NCBI GenBank assembly: GCA_020351875.1
Contig: CP070671.1
Location: 1,995,722-2,059,721, forward strand
Direction: 5' to 3'
DNA length: 64,000 nt
Origin: Chromatiales bacterium
GTDB lineage: Bacteria; Pseudomonadota; Gammaproteobacteria; Steroidobacterales; GCA-2729495
Shown piece after piece: positions 24,323 through 33,571 of this stretch. Under the pieces are notes generated by a model. That model did no database searches. It saw only the letters and a program-made list of their open reading frames with translations, and was not told the DNA's origin. Made by a program: the position numbers and the translations under genes. Position 1 is the first letter of the stretch. Every line of letters begins with the position of its first letter.

Positions 24323-25234
24323 ATGTATGCCCCTGCAAAGTTCCTCGCCGGCCTGATTGCGGTCGCGCTGATGCCGGCCGCGCCCGTCATTGCGCAGCAG
24401 CAAGACCTCAGCCAGGTGCAAATCGGCACGGTGCCGGTGGCCGACGGGCTCTACATGCTCACCGGCTCGGGTGGCAACATCGGGGTATCCGTTGGCGTCG
24501 ACGGCGTGATCGTGATCGACGACCAGTTTGCGGCGCTGGTGGACAAGATCCGTGCGGCAATCGCCGAGGTCAGCGACAAGCCAGAGCGCATGGTGCAGAA
24601 CACCCACTGGCATTTTGATCATACGGGCGGCAACGAATTGCTGGCGGGCGGCGGCGCCCTGGTCATCGCCCATGAAAACGTGCGCAAACGGATGAGTGCG
24701 GGGCAGTTCAACGAATTCTTCCAGTCCGAAACGCCGCCGTCCCCCGCAGGCGCCTTGCCCGTTGTCACGTTCAAGCGCGATGTCACCCTGCACCTGAACG
24801 GGCAGACCATCGAGGTGGAGCACGTGCCGGCGGCGCACACCGATGGTGATGCCATCGTGTGGTTCAGGGAATTGAACGCAGTGCACATGGGCGACACCTA
24901 TTTCAACGGTTTCTACCCGTTCATTGATTACGGCAGCGCAGGGAACATACGCGGGATGGTTGCGGCGGTGGCGGGCGCGCTGGAGCGTATGGACGAGCAG
25001 ACGCAGGTGATCCCGGGTCACGGCCCACTGTCGAACGTGGCGGAATTGCGCAAGTACCACGACATGCTGAAGACCGTGACCGAGCGGATGGATGCCCTGA
25101 TCGGCGCCGGCAAGGATGCCGATGCGATCGTTGCGGCAAAGCCGACGGCAGAGTTCGATGCGCAGTGGGGCAACGGTTTCATCAAGCCGGACGACTGGGT
25201 GCGGCTCGTGTACCGGGGCATGACCGCGAAATGA
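24323..25234 (+). CDS. secreted MBL-fold metallo-hydrolase
   Basis: Signal peptide, then HWHFDHTGGN (HxHxDH zinc motif). Confidence 0.85.
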   Translation: MYAPAKFLAGLIAVALMPAAPVIAQQQDLSQVQIGTVPVADGLYMLTGSGGNIGVSVGVDGVIVIDDQFAALVDKIRAAIAEVSDKPERMVQNTHWHFDHTGGNELLAGGGALVIAHENVRKRMSAGQFNEFFQSETPPSPAGALPVVTFKRDVTLHLNGQTIEVEHVPAAHTDGDAIVWFRELNAVHMGDTYFNGFYPFIDYGSAGNIRGMVAAVAGALERMDEQTQVIPGHGPLSNVAELRKYHDMLKTVTERMDALIGAGKDADAIVAAKPTAEFDAQWGNGFIKPDDWVRLVYRGMTAK

Positions 25235-26593
25235 AGGCCGTGGCACGCGAAGACTGGCGCCCCGATGGCTGGCGCGGGCGGGCAGCGCTGCAACAGCCGG
25301 TGTACCGCGACGCTGAGCAGCTCGCCAGGGTGACGGACGAACTGGCCGCCCTGCCGCCGCTGGTGACCAGCTGGGAAGTCGAGGCGCTAAAAGCGCAGCT
25401 CGCGCGCGCAGCAGGGGCGGGGCTTCGTCCTGCAAGGTGGCGATTGCGCCGAGAGCTTTGTCGAGTGCACGTCACCGAAAATCGTCGAGCAGCTGAAGGT
25501 ACTGCTGCAGATGAGTGTCGTGCTCACCGCAGGGCTGAAGATGCCGGTGGTGCGCGTGGGGCGCATGGCGGGCCAGTACGTGAAGCCGCGCTCGGCAGAT
25601 TCGGAAACGCGTGACGGCGTAGCGCTGCCGAGCTTCCGCGGTGACATGGTGAACCGGCCGGGCTTCTCCGGAGGCGAACGCGAGCCCGACCCGGAGCTGC
25701 TGCTGCGCGGCTATGAACGCGCGGCACTGACGCTGAATTTCATCCGCTCGCTGATGGACGGCGGTTTCGCCGATCTGCATCACCCGGAAAACTGGGACCT
25801 GGAGTTCGTTGGCAAGTCGCCGTCCGCCGAGCGCTATCACCGCATCGTGCAACGGGTGGCCGACGGACTGGATTTCTTCGAGTCGATCTCCGGCGAGAAG
25901 ATTCACGAGGCCAGGCGCGTGGATTTCTATGCGTCCCACGAGGGCCTGCACCTGCTGTACGAAGAAGCGCAGACGCGGTTCCTGGAAAAGCGTGGCGCAT
26001 GGTATGACCTGACCACGCATTTCCCTTGGATCGGCGCGCGCACTGCCGATCCTGACGGCGCCCACGTGGAGTTTTTTCGCGGTGTGGCGAATCCGGTAGG
26101 CGTGAAGATTGGCCCGGAGGTCGACGGCGCCGAGTTACAGGCACTGGTGCGCCGGTTGAACCCGGATGATCAGCCCGGCCGACTGGCGCTGATCCACCGG
26201 CTCGGGGCCGCCAATGTGCAACAGGCGCTGCCCAGGCTGATCAAGGCGGTGCGCGACACCGGCATCGGCGTGCTGTGGATCTGCGACCCGATGCACGGCA
26301 ACACCGTCACCACTGAAGACGGCGTGAAGACGCGCCGGTTCGCGAATATCGCCAGCGAACTGGAAACCGCGCTGGCCGTTCATCGCGCCGAAGGCAGCAC
26401 GCTGGGCGGGATTCACCTGGAACTGACGGGCGAGCACGTGACGGAATGCACCGGTGGTCCGCGGGGCCTGACGGACACGGACCTGCGGCGCGACTATCGC
26501 AGCACGGTGGACCCGCGCCTGAACTACGACCAGGCCATGGAAATTGCCATGCTGGTGGCCGGCCACGGCCCGGCGGACCTGAAACCCGCGTGA
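25231..26593 (+). pseudogene. class II 3-deoxy-7-phosphoheptulonate (DAHP) synthase, interrupted by a +1 frameshift
   Basis: The N-terminal ~60 aa (MKAVAREDWRPDGWRGRAALQQPVY...LKAQLARAA) lie in the frame of ORF 25165..25614. The rest (GFVLQGGDCAESF...QMSVVLTAG...) lies in the frame of ORF 25511..26593. That second frame is closed by TAA at 25388-25390, so the shift falls within 25391..25423, at GCAGGGGCGGGGC. Confidence 0.85.
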
Positions 26594-27222
26594 ACGCTGC
26601 GTTTTCCGTCGATTGCCGGCGCTGCAGCCGGCTCGCGGAGTTTCTGGCCGGGGTCCGCGATCGTCATCCGGAATATTTCGCGCGGCCGGTGCCATCTTTC
26701 GGCGATCCGGCAGCCCGACTGCTGATTGTCGGACTCGCACCGGGCATGCACGGCGCGAACGCAACCGGACGGCCATTCACGGGCGACTACGCGGGCTTGC
26801 TGCTCTATCGAACGCTGCACGAATTCAATTTCGCCACGGCCCCGGAGAGTCGTGCCGCAGACGACGGCTTGCAGCTGCTCGACTGCCGGATCACGAACGC
26901 GGTGCGCTGCCTGCCGCCGCAGAACAAACCGACCACCGCCGAGGTGGACACGTGCAACGATTACCTGCAGGCGGAGTTGAGCGGCGACTGCGCGCCGCAA
27001 GTCATCCTCGCGCTCGGCGCAGTGGCCCACCGGGCGGTGCTGCGGGCACTGGGTTGCCGGCTGTCGGCGTATCCCTTCGGCCACGGGGTGTGGCACGAAC
27101 CGGCCGGCGCGGTGCTGGTGGATTCCTACCACTGCAGTCGCTACAACACCCAGACCAGGCGCCTGACAGACACCATGTTCCGGAACGTATTCGGTGAGAT
27201 TCGATCCCGCCTCGACGCGTGA
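26590..27222 (+). CDS. uracil-DNA glycosylase, Fe-S family 4/5 type
   Basis: GTG at 26590 overlaps the DAHP synthase stop (GTGA). CRRCSRL and LLIVGLAPGMHGANATGRPFTGDYAG are typical of family 4/5 UDGs. Confidence 0.8.
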   Translation: MNAAFSVDCRRCSRLAEFLAGVRDRHPEYFARPVPSFGDPAARLLIVGLAPGMHGANATGRPFTGDYAGLLLYRTLHEFNFATAPESRAADDGLQLLDCRITNAVRCLPPQNKPTTAEVDTCNDYLQAELSGDCAPQVILALGAVAHRAVLRALGCRLSAYPFGHGVWHEPAGAVLVDSYHCSRYNTQTRRLTDTMFRNVFGEIRSRLDA

Positions 27223-29060
27223 GCCCGGCGATGGATGACGCGCCGTTCGACGCCAAGCGTTTTCTCGCCACCCTGACGCATCGCCCGGGCGTGTACCGCA
27301 TGCTCGATGCGCAGGGGCAGATCGTTTACGTCGGCAAGGCCCGGGACCTGAAACGCCGGGTCGCCTCCTACTTCGGCGCGAAAGCCCATCACCCCAAGAC
27401 CCAGGCACTGATGCGCGTGGTTGACCGGGTGGAGGTCACGGTCACGGCCAGCGAGCAGGAAGCGCTGCTGCTCGAATACACCCAGATCCAGGCGCACGCG
27501 CCGCGCTACAACGTGCTGTACCGGGACGACAAGAGCTACCCGTACATTCGCGTGACCACCCAGCAGGAATTCCCGCGTTTCGAATTTCATCGCGGTTCAC
27601 GCAAGCCGCCAGGCCGGTACTTCGGCCCGTATCCCAGTGCGGGCAACCTGCGTGAGGTGCTGGGACAGCTGCAGAAGCTGTTCCAGGTCCGCCAGTGCCG
27701 CGACTCCTTTTTCGCCAACCGCTCACGACCTTGTCTGCAGCACCAGATTCAACGGTGCACCGCACCGTGTGTCGGGCTCGTCAGCCAGGCGGACTACGCG
27801 AGGGACGTAGAGAACGCGATGCGCTTTCTGTCAGGGCGCAACGAGCAGGTGCTGGAGGACCTGGTCGACCGCATGGAAGCGGCCTCCGACGCGCTGGATT
27901 TCGAAGGGGCCGCCAGGATTCGGGACCAGATTGCCGCTGTGCGCCAGGTGCAGGCCACGCAGATCGTGGCCGGGAAGCAGGCGCGCGACCTGGACGTCAT
28001 TGGGGCGCACAGCGAAGCCGGGGTGCACTGCGTTGCGCTGGTAATGGTCCGGGCCGGCAGGGTATTGGGTACCCGCGCGCTGTTCCCGAAGGCCGCCGGC
28101 GCGCCCGATGCGGCCGAGCTGCTCGAGGCCTTTATCGCCCAACATTACTTCGAGCAGTCGGCCCCGCCGGAAGTGCTGGTCTCTACCCAGCTCGAGACCG
28201 CTGAACTCCTGGGCGCGGCGCTGACCGAACGCGCCGGCCACCGGGTGGCGATTCACCACCGGGTGCGCGGCACCCGCCGCCAGTGGCTGGAAATGGCGGC
28301 GGACAATGCTCGCGAGAGCGCGCGGCTGCGGCTGGCGGCAAATGCGGGACTCGGCAAACAGTTCACCGCGCTGGGCGAGGTGCTGGACCTGGACGCGACC
28401 CCGCAACGCATTGAGTGCTTCGACATCAGCCATACCGGCGGCGAGGGTACCGTCGCCAGCTGCGTGGTCTGGAACGCGCAGGGCCCGCTGAAGTCGGACT
28501 ACCGCCGTTACAACATTCGCGAAGCGGCCGAGGGCGACGACTATGGCGCGATGACCGAGGTGGTGCGCCGGCGCTACCTGCGTGTGCAGCGCGGCGAGGC
28601 GCCGATGCCGGACCTGATCCTGATCGACGGGGGTCCCGGCCAGCTGCGGGCGGCCAGCGGAGCGCTGGAAGAACTGCAGTTTCCCGAGCTGCCGCTGGTC
28701 GGCGTAGCGAAAGGGGCGGGCCGCAAACCCGGACGCGAGCAACTGTATCGGCCGGGCCAGGACAAGCCATTGCGCCTGGCACCGGACTCGCCGGCGCTGC
28801 ATCTGGTGCAGCAGGTGCGTGACGAGGCGCACCGCTTTGCGATCACCGGCCATCGCCAGCGCCGGGGCCGGGCCCGGCAGGGCTCCGCGCTGGAGCAGAT
28901 CGCCGGGGTCGGGCCGCAACGCCGCCGGGCGCTGTTGCAGCGCTTCGGCGGTCTGCAGGGCCTGAAACGGGCCAATGTAGAAGACCTGGCGAACGTACCC
29001 GGGATCAGCCGCGACCTGGCCCAGCGCATTTTCGATTATTTTCACGGTGGAGCCGCATAG
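27219..29060 (+). CDS. uvrC: excinuclease ABC subunit C
   Basis: GIY-YIG N-terminus PGVYRMLDAQGQIVYVGKARDLKRRV and a C-terminal (HhH)2. The GTG at 27219 overlaps the UDG stop; an alternative ATG lies at 27231 (MDDAPFDAKRFL). Confidence 0.94.
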   Translation: MSPAMDDAPFDAKRFLATLTHRPGVYRMLDAQGQIVYVGKARDLKRRVASYFGAKAHHPKTQALMRVVDRVEVTVTASEQEALLLEYTQIQAHAPRYNVLYRDDKSYPYIRVTTQQEFPRFEFHRGSRKPPGRYFGPYPSAGNLREVLGQLQKLFQVRQCRDSFFANRSRPCLQHQIQRCTAPCVGLVSQADYARDVENAMRFLSGRNEQVLEDLVDRMEAASDALDFEGAARIRDQIAAVRQVQATQIVAGKQARDLDVIGAHSEAGVHCVALVMVRAGRVLGTRALFPKAAGAPDAAELLEAFIAQHYFEQSAPPEVLVSTQLETAELLGAALTERAGHRVAIHHRVRGTRRQWLEMAADNARESARLRLAANAGLGKQFTALGEVLDLDATPQRIECFDISHTGGEGTVASCVVWNAQGPLKSDYRRYNIREAAEGDDYGAMTEVVRRRYLRVQRGEAPMPDLILIDGGPGQLRAASGALEELQFPELPLVGVAKGAGRKPGREQLYRPGQDKPLRLAPDSPALHLVQQVRDEAHRFAITGHRQRRGRARQGSALEQIAGVGPQRRRALLQRFGGLQGLKRANVEDLANVPGISRDLAQRIFDYFHGGAA

Positions 29061-29106
29061 CGCGTTATCATTGCCGGGCTGTTGTTGTTCTGCTGTGCGC
29101 CCGTCC

Positions 29107-29682
29107 ATGTCTCCAGTCACCAACATCGCCACGATGCTGACCTGGCTGCGCATTGCGGCCATCCCGCTGGTGGTGGTGATCTTTTACCTGCCCGTGCCGT
29201 GGGCGCACCCGGGTGCCGCGGCGGTGTTCATCCTGGCCGCCATCACCGACGGGCTCGACGGCTACCTGGCGCGGCGGCTGGAGCTGACGTCTGAGTTCGG
29301 GGCCTTCCTGGACCCGGTGGCCGACAAGCTGATGGTCGTGACCGTGCTGGTGGTCATCCTGCAGGCCGACCCGCGCATTTCCATCGCCGCGATCACCGCG
29401 ATCATCATTGGCCGCGAGGTCATGGTGTCGGCGCTGCGCGAGTGGATGGCGGAGGTTGGCAACCGTCAGCAGGTGGCCGTGACCGGCGTCGCGAAGTTCA
29501 AAACCATTGCGCAGATGTTCGGCCTGTCGCTGATGCTGTGGACACAGGACCTGTTCGGCATTCCGATCTATGCGATCGGCACCGGGCTGATGATCATTGC
29601 CGCGGGGCTCACGCTATGGACCATGGTGGTCTACATCAGGGCCGCCTGGCCTTACCTGGCGGGCCAGGCCGAGCTTCCTTGA
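29107..29682 (+). CDS. pgsA: CDP-diacylglycerol--glycerol-3-phosphate 3-phosphatidyltransferase
   Basis: Start trimmed to the ATG at 29107. CDP-alcohol phosphotransferase motif DGLDGYLARRLELTSEFGAFLDPVADK. Confidence 0.92.
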   Translation: MSPVTNIATMLTWLRIAAIPLVVVIFYLPVPWAHPGAAAVFILAAITDGLDGYLARRLELTSEFGAFLDPVADKLMVVTVLVVILQADPRISIAAITAIIIGREVMVSALREWMAEVGNRQQVAVTGVAKFKTIAQMFGLSLMLWTQDLFGIPIYAIGTGLMIIAAGLTLWTMVVYIRAAWPYLAGQAELP

Positions 29683-29719
29683 CAGGTGAAGCCGCAACGC
29701 TAAGATAACCGGCCTTCAA

Positions 29720-29795
29720 GCGGGCATAGCTCAGTTGGTAGAGCGATACCTTGCCAAGGTATAGGTCGCCAGTTCGAATCTGGTTGCCCGCTCCA
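29720..29795 (+). tRNA. glyW: tRNA-Gly (anticodon GCC)
   Basis: 76-nt cloverleaf folded by hand: acceptor GCGGGCA/TGCCCGC, anticodon loop CTTGCCAAG, TTCGAAT T-loop, encoded CCA. Near-identical layout to E. coli tRNA-Gly(GCC). Confidence 0.93.
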
Positions 29796-29809
29796 GACAA
29801 GATCGGGAA

Positions 29810-29833
29810 GGGGACGCACAGCGTCCCCTTTTT
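29810..29833 (+). terminator. rho-independent terminator after tRNA-Gly
   Basis: GGGGACGC-ACA-GCGTCCCC stem-loop followed by TTTTT. Confidence 0.85.
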
Positions 29834-29918
29834 CGTGCGTGTAGCCCATGCAGAATCCGCCGGGCAATCGTGCTAGCGTTATACGGATAACGACAGCCGC
29901 TGCAGGGAGAACAGGCCA

Positions 29919-30680
29919 ATGGGCAAAGCGGGCAAACTCATCGTCGGTGTCATCGTCACGCTGATCATCGTGGTCGGCATCGCGCTGACTTTCTTGCTCA
30001 CCAATCTCGACACCATCGTCGAGCGGGCCATCGAAACCGTCGGCAGTGATGTGGCGGGCGTACCGGTCGGTGTGGGCAGCGTGAAGATTTCCCTGGCGGA
30101 AGGCAGCGGCCAGATTAACGGGCTCACCGTCGGCAACCCAAAAGGGTTTCCCCGGGGCAACGCGCTGGAACTGAAGACCATCGCGCTGGCTCTCGACACC
30201 AGCAACCTGAGTGCGGAACTGGTGCGGATCAAGTCCGTATTGGTGGACGGGGCACAGGTCAACGCCATCCAGACCGCCGAGGGAAACAATCTGCAGGGGA
30301 TCCTGGATAACCTGGAATCCGATGCGCCGGCAGAGACGCCCGAAGAGGCCGGCGGGACCGAAACCAAGCTGATCATCGACGACTTCCAGTTCCTGAACGG
30401 TGGCGTGAGTGTCGAAATACCCAAGGTCGGCGAGCGCAACGGCAAGATTCCGGATATCCGCCTGAAAGGCATCGGTGCGAAGAGCAATGGCGCGACGGCC
30501 AGTGAGGCGGCCAAGCAGGTGCTGGAGCCGATCATCCGCCAGTCCATTTCGTCCGTGGCCAGTATCTCCAAGGAAGACCTCGAGAAAATGGGCCGCGAGA
30601 AACTCGATGAGACCCTGGGCGATGGCGCTGACATGGCCACGCGCGAACTCGGCAAGTTCCTGGGCGGCGGCAAGGACTGA
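29919..30680 (+). CDS. N-terminally membrane-anchored protein, function unknown
   Basis: 253-aa ORF with GGGAGA upstream. One N-terminal TM helix (LIVGVIVTLIIVVGIALTFLL), then a soluble Gly/Val-rich domain. The overlapping antisense 280-aa ORF was rejected. Confidence 0.65.
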   Translation: MGKAGKLIVGVIVTLIIVVGIALTFLLTNLDTIVERAIETVGSDVAGVPVGVGSVKISLAEGSGQINGLTVGNPKGFPRGNALELKTIALALDTSNLSAELVRIKSVLVDGAQVNAIQTAEGNNLQGILDNLESDAPAETPEEAGGTETKLIIDDFQFLNGGVSVEIPKVGERNGKIPDIRLKGIGAKSNGATASEAAKQVLEPIIRQSISSVASISKEDLEKMGREKLDETLGDGADMATRELGKFLGGGKD

Positions 30681-30732
30681 CGGGGCCGCTTTCCGGCGCC
30701 CGATGTGATAGATTTCCGCACCCGCCTGCAGG

Positions 30733-30806
30733 GGCTAGGTGGCAGAGTGGTTATGCAGCGGCCTGCAAAGCCGTGTACGCCGGTTCGATTCCGACCCTAG
30801 CCTCCA
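30733..30806 (+). tRNA. cysT: tRNA-Cys (anticodon GCA)
   Basis: 74 nt. Acceptor GGCTAGG/CCTAGCC, anticodon loop CTGCAAA, TTCGATT T-loop, encoded CCA. One C-A mismatch in the T-stem. Confidence 0.88.
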
Positions 30807-30994
30807 TCTTTTCTCTCGACAGATGACCGCGTTCGCCATCGACTCGCGGCGATCCCCAGCACCAGGCGTCTGCCGACGACGGGCATCGCGAGTGCCCTGC
30901 CGTGGGACTCACCGTATATTCTGATTTTCATGTGCTATACGTGCTAAGTGATGGGCACTGACGTGACAGGTCTGCTGCGGCGGCGCGGTGCGTG

Positions 30995-31942
30995 ATGCGG
31001 GATGGTCTGCTCGACCTCTACCACTTTGGGCATTTCGTGCTGGCGGAGGCCGTGGGCCGGGTGCCGTCGGCGGCATTGCGCCGGGCCGCCATCGACGGGC
31101 TGGCGCGCAGCGCCTACCTGCTGTCGCGCGACAAACGTCGGCGGATCGAACGCAACGTCGGACGCGCGTTCGGCGAGCAGGCAGGCCCGGCGCGGACCCG
31201 GCGCATCGCCATCGCCTGCTTTCGCGAATTCTGGCAGGAGATGGTGGAATGGGTGCCAGCCGTGGGCGATCGGCTGCCGGCGGCGGACATCAAAATCCGC
31301 GGCCTGGCACATTTGCAAGGTGCCCTTGCCGCGGGGACAGGCGCGATCCTGTGGGAGAGCAACGGCTTCAGCCGCCGCGTGCAGGCCAAGCGGACCCTGC
31401 ACGCGCACGGCATCCAGCTGCATCAGACCCACGGCGAGACCCATCTCGGCGTCATGTGGACCACCGCGGAACCCGGTACCTGGCTGCGTCGACGTCTGAT
31501 GCGGCCGACCTACGAACGGCGCGAGAGAGCTTTCGTCGCCGAAACCCTGATCATTCCGGTGCACAGTGCGATGGCGGCCGGCCGCGTCTATGTGAAACGC
31601 CTTCGGGAGAACAAGATCCTGTGCATGGCGGGCGATGGCCGCATCGCGCGCAAGCTGTATCCGATCGAGTTCCTCGGCCAGAGCGTCACTTTCGCGCCCG
31701 GAGCGGTCAAATTGGCGCGGCTCGTTGGCGCGCCGCTGTTCCCGGTGTTTTGGGTGCCCGCCGACGATGGACCTCCGGTCCTCGAGATCGATCCACCGAT
31801 CGTTCCCGACCCCGTGGGCGACGTGGATGCCCAGGTAGTAGACTGCCTGCAACGGTTCGCGAATGCGCTCCAGGCACGCGTTATGCGGTGGCCCGAAGCC
31901 TACCGCAACTGGCATATTGTCGACGACAGCGCCGGAGACTGA
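30995..31942 (+). CDS. LpxL/HtrB-like lipid A biosynthesis acyltransferase family protein
   Basis: About 315 aa. The overall pattern (GAILWESNGF..., ILCMAGDG...FLGQSVTFAPGAVKLARLVGAPLFPVF) resembles the Lip_A_acyltrans family. I did not find a clear HX4D motif. Confidence 0.55.
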   Translation: MRDGLLDLYHFGHFVLAEAVGRVPSAALRRAAIDGLARSAYLLSRDKRRRIERNVGRAFGEQAGPARTRRIAIACFREFWQEMVEWVPAVGDRLPAADIKIRGLAHLQGALAAGTGAILWESNGFSRRVQAKRTLHAHGIQLHQTHGETHLGVMWTTAEPGTWLRRRLMRPTYERRERAFVAETLIIPVHSAMAAGRVYVKRLRENKILCMAGDGRIARKLYPIEFLGQSVTFAPGAVKLARLVGAPLFPVFWVPADDGPPVLEIDPPIVPDPVGDVDAQVVDCLQRFANALQARVMRWPEAYRNWHIVDDSAGD

Positions 31943-32006
31943 CGCCAACGATGGCGGCGCACCGTCCAACAACAACTTTGCATAGACCGGCAGGGCCTTG
32001 CGCACG

Positions 32007-32741
32007 ATGAGCCGCGACGACATCTTCGACGACAGCAGGCCGCGCGGCAGTGATTTCACATTCAACGCCGAGGTCGCCGCCGTCTTCGACAACATGATCG
32101 CACGCAGCGTGCCGTTCTACCAGGAACAGCAGCGCATGATCGTCGAGGTGGTGAAGCGCTATTGGCGGCCGGGCACTGACGTTTACGATCTCGGCTGCGC
32201 CACGGGCACGACGCTGATCAACCTGGGGCATGCACTCGAAGGGCCCGGGCGCCTGGTCGGCTACGACAACTCGGAGGCGATGCTGCAGCAGGCGCGCGGT
32301 GCGGTGGCCACCGAGGGCCTCGCCAATCGCGTCGAGCTGCGGCACGGCGACCTCGATCAGCACCCCGAAGAGCTGGCGTTGGACGGTGCCGGCGCTGTAC
32401 TGCTGTGCTGGACCTTGCAATTCGTCCGGCCGCTGCAGCGCGAGGCGCTGATTCGCCGAGTCCACGACTCGCTCGCAGACGGCGGCGTGCTGGTGGTGAC
32501 GGAGAAAGTGCTCAGCAATGCCCGCGCCCTCGACCGCGACTTCATCGACTTCTACTATGCCTTTAAGGCGCGGTCCGGCTATACGAAGACGGAGATCCAC
32601 AAGAAGCGCGAGGCGCTGGAGAACGTGCTGGTGCCTTACCGCATCGACGAGAACAAGAAGATGTTCCGTCGTAACGGCTTCGGTGCTGTCGACAGTTTTT
32701 TCCAGTGGTTCAATTTCGTCGGCTTTCTGTGCGTGAAGTAG
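32007..32741 (+). CDS. cmoA: carboxy-S-adenosyl-L-methionine synthase-like protein
   Basis: Collinear with E. coli CmoA as I recall it (FTFNAEVAAVFDNMIARSVPFYQEQ..VYDLGCATG..LQFV..). The ATG at 32007 is preferred over the TTG at 31998. Confidence 0.8.
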   Translation: MSRDDIFDDSRPRGSDFTFNAEVAAVFDNMIARSVPFYQEQQRMIVEVVKRYWRPGTDVYDLGCATGTTLINLGHALEGPGRLVGYDNSEAMLQQARGAVATEGLANRVELRHGDLDQHPEELALDGAGAVLLCWTLQFVRPLQREALIRRVHDSLADGGVLVVTEKVLSNARALDRDFIDFYYAFKARSGYTKTEIHKKREALENVLVPYRIDENKKMFRRNGFGAVDSFFQWFNFVGFLCVK

Positions 32742-32768
32742 CCGGCGCCAGGGCGGAAGCGAACGACG

Positions 32769-33557
32769 ATGGCCTCCAGGATCGCCGACCGGTTGCGTGC
32801 CGTCGCGGCAGTGCTGCTGCCGCTCGGCGTACGGCAGTGGCTGCGCGCGCAGCACCGCCGCTTTGGACTGCATCGCAAGCCGGTCGGCACGGTCGCGTTC
32901 GGCGATCTGCGGCGGCTGACGCCGATCAGCCGGGTGTTCGGTCTCGATCGTGGCTTGCCGATCATCGACCGTTACTACATTGATAAATTCCTCGCCAGTT
33001 GCGCCGACGACATTAGCGGCCGGGTCCTGGAGATGGGCGACGCCACCTACACCTGCCAGTTCGGTGGCGACCGGGTGACCCGGAGCGACGTGCTGCACTA
33101 TGTCGCCGGCAACCCAGAAGCGACCATCGTCGGCGATCTGACCGCAGCCGACCACATCCCGTCGGACAGCTTCGACTGCATCATCCTGACCCAGACGCTG
33201 CAGATGATCTTGGACGTCCGCGCGGCCCTGCACCACCTGCACCGCATATTGAAGCCCGGCGGCGTGTTGTTGGCGACATCACACGGGATCAGCCGCATCG
33301 CGCGGCGCGAAGGCATCGACCCCTGGGGTGAATACTGGCACTTCACCGCGCAGTCGACCCGGCATCTGTTCGGCGCCCTGTTCCCCGCCGACCACGTGCG
33401 CATCGTCACCTATGGGAATGTGTTGTCGGCGGCCGCGTCGCTGTATGGCCTGACCGCGGCGGATCTGACACGGGAAGAGCTGGACCATTGCGATTCCGAT
33501 TTCGAGGTGATCGTTGCGGTGCGGGCGCAGAAGCCGCTGGTCGGCGTCGCGCGTTGA
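32769..33557 (+). CDS. class I SAM-dependent methyltransferase (polysaccharide/LPS-locus type), not CmoB
   Basis: PISRVFGLDRGLPIIDRYYIDKFL...GRVLEMGD and ILKPGGVLL motifs. Confidence 0.7.
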   Translation: MASRIADRLRAVAAVLLPLGVRQWLRAQHRRFGLHRKPVGTVAFGDLRRLTPISRVFGLDRGLPIIDRYYIDKFLASCADDISGRVLEMGDATYTCQFGGDRVTRSDVLHYVAGNPEATIVGDLTAADHIPSDSFDCIILTQTLQMILDVRAALHHLHRILKPGGVLLATSHGISRIARREGIDPWGEYWHFTAQSTRHLFGALFPADHVRIVTYGNVLSAAASLYGLTAADLTREELDHCDSDFEVIVAVRAQKPLVGVAR

Positions 33558-33571
33558 CCGCATGCTCAGGA

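Noticed and set aside
24200-25435. 411-aa minus-strand ORF
   Set aside because: Antisense to the MBL hydrolase (HxHxDH motif on the plus strand) and to the DAHP synthase N-terminus.
29879-30721. 280-aa Ser/Pro-rich minus-strand ORF between tRNA-Gly and tRNA-Cys
   Set aside because: Antisense to the plus-strand 253-aa ORF, which has an RBS and an N-terminal TM helix. The minus-strand product is low complexity and would run toward the tRNA-Gly terminator.
30944-33242. Long overlapping ORFs 30944..32095(-), 30988..32010(+) and 31881..33242(-)
   Set aside because: They overlap the acyltransferase, cmoA and methyltransferase frames, which carry recognisable motifs. Their products are Arg/Pro/Ala-rich with no features.
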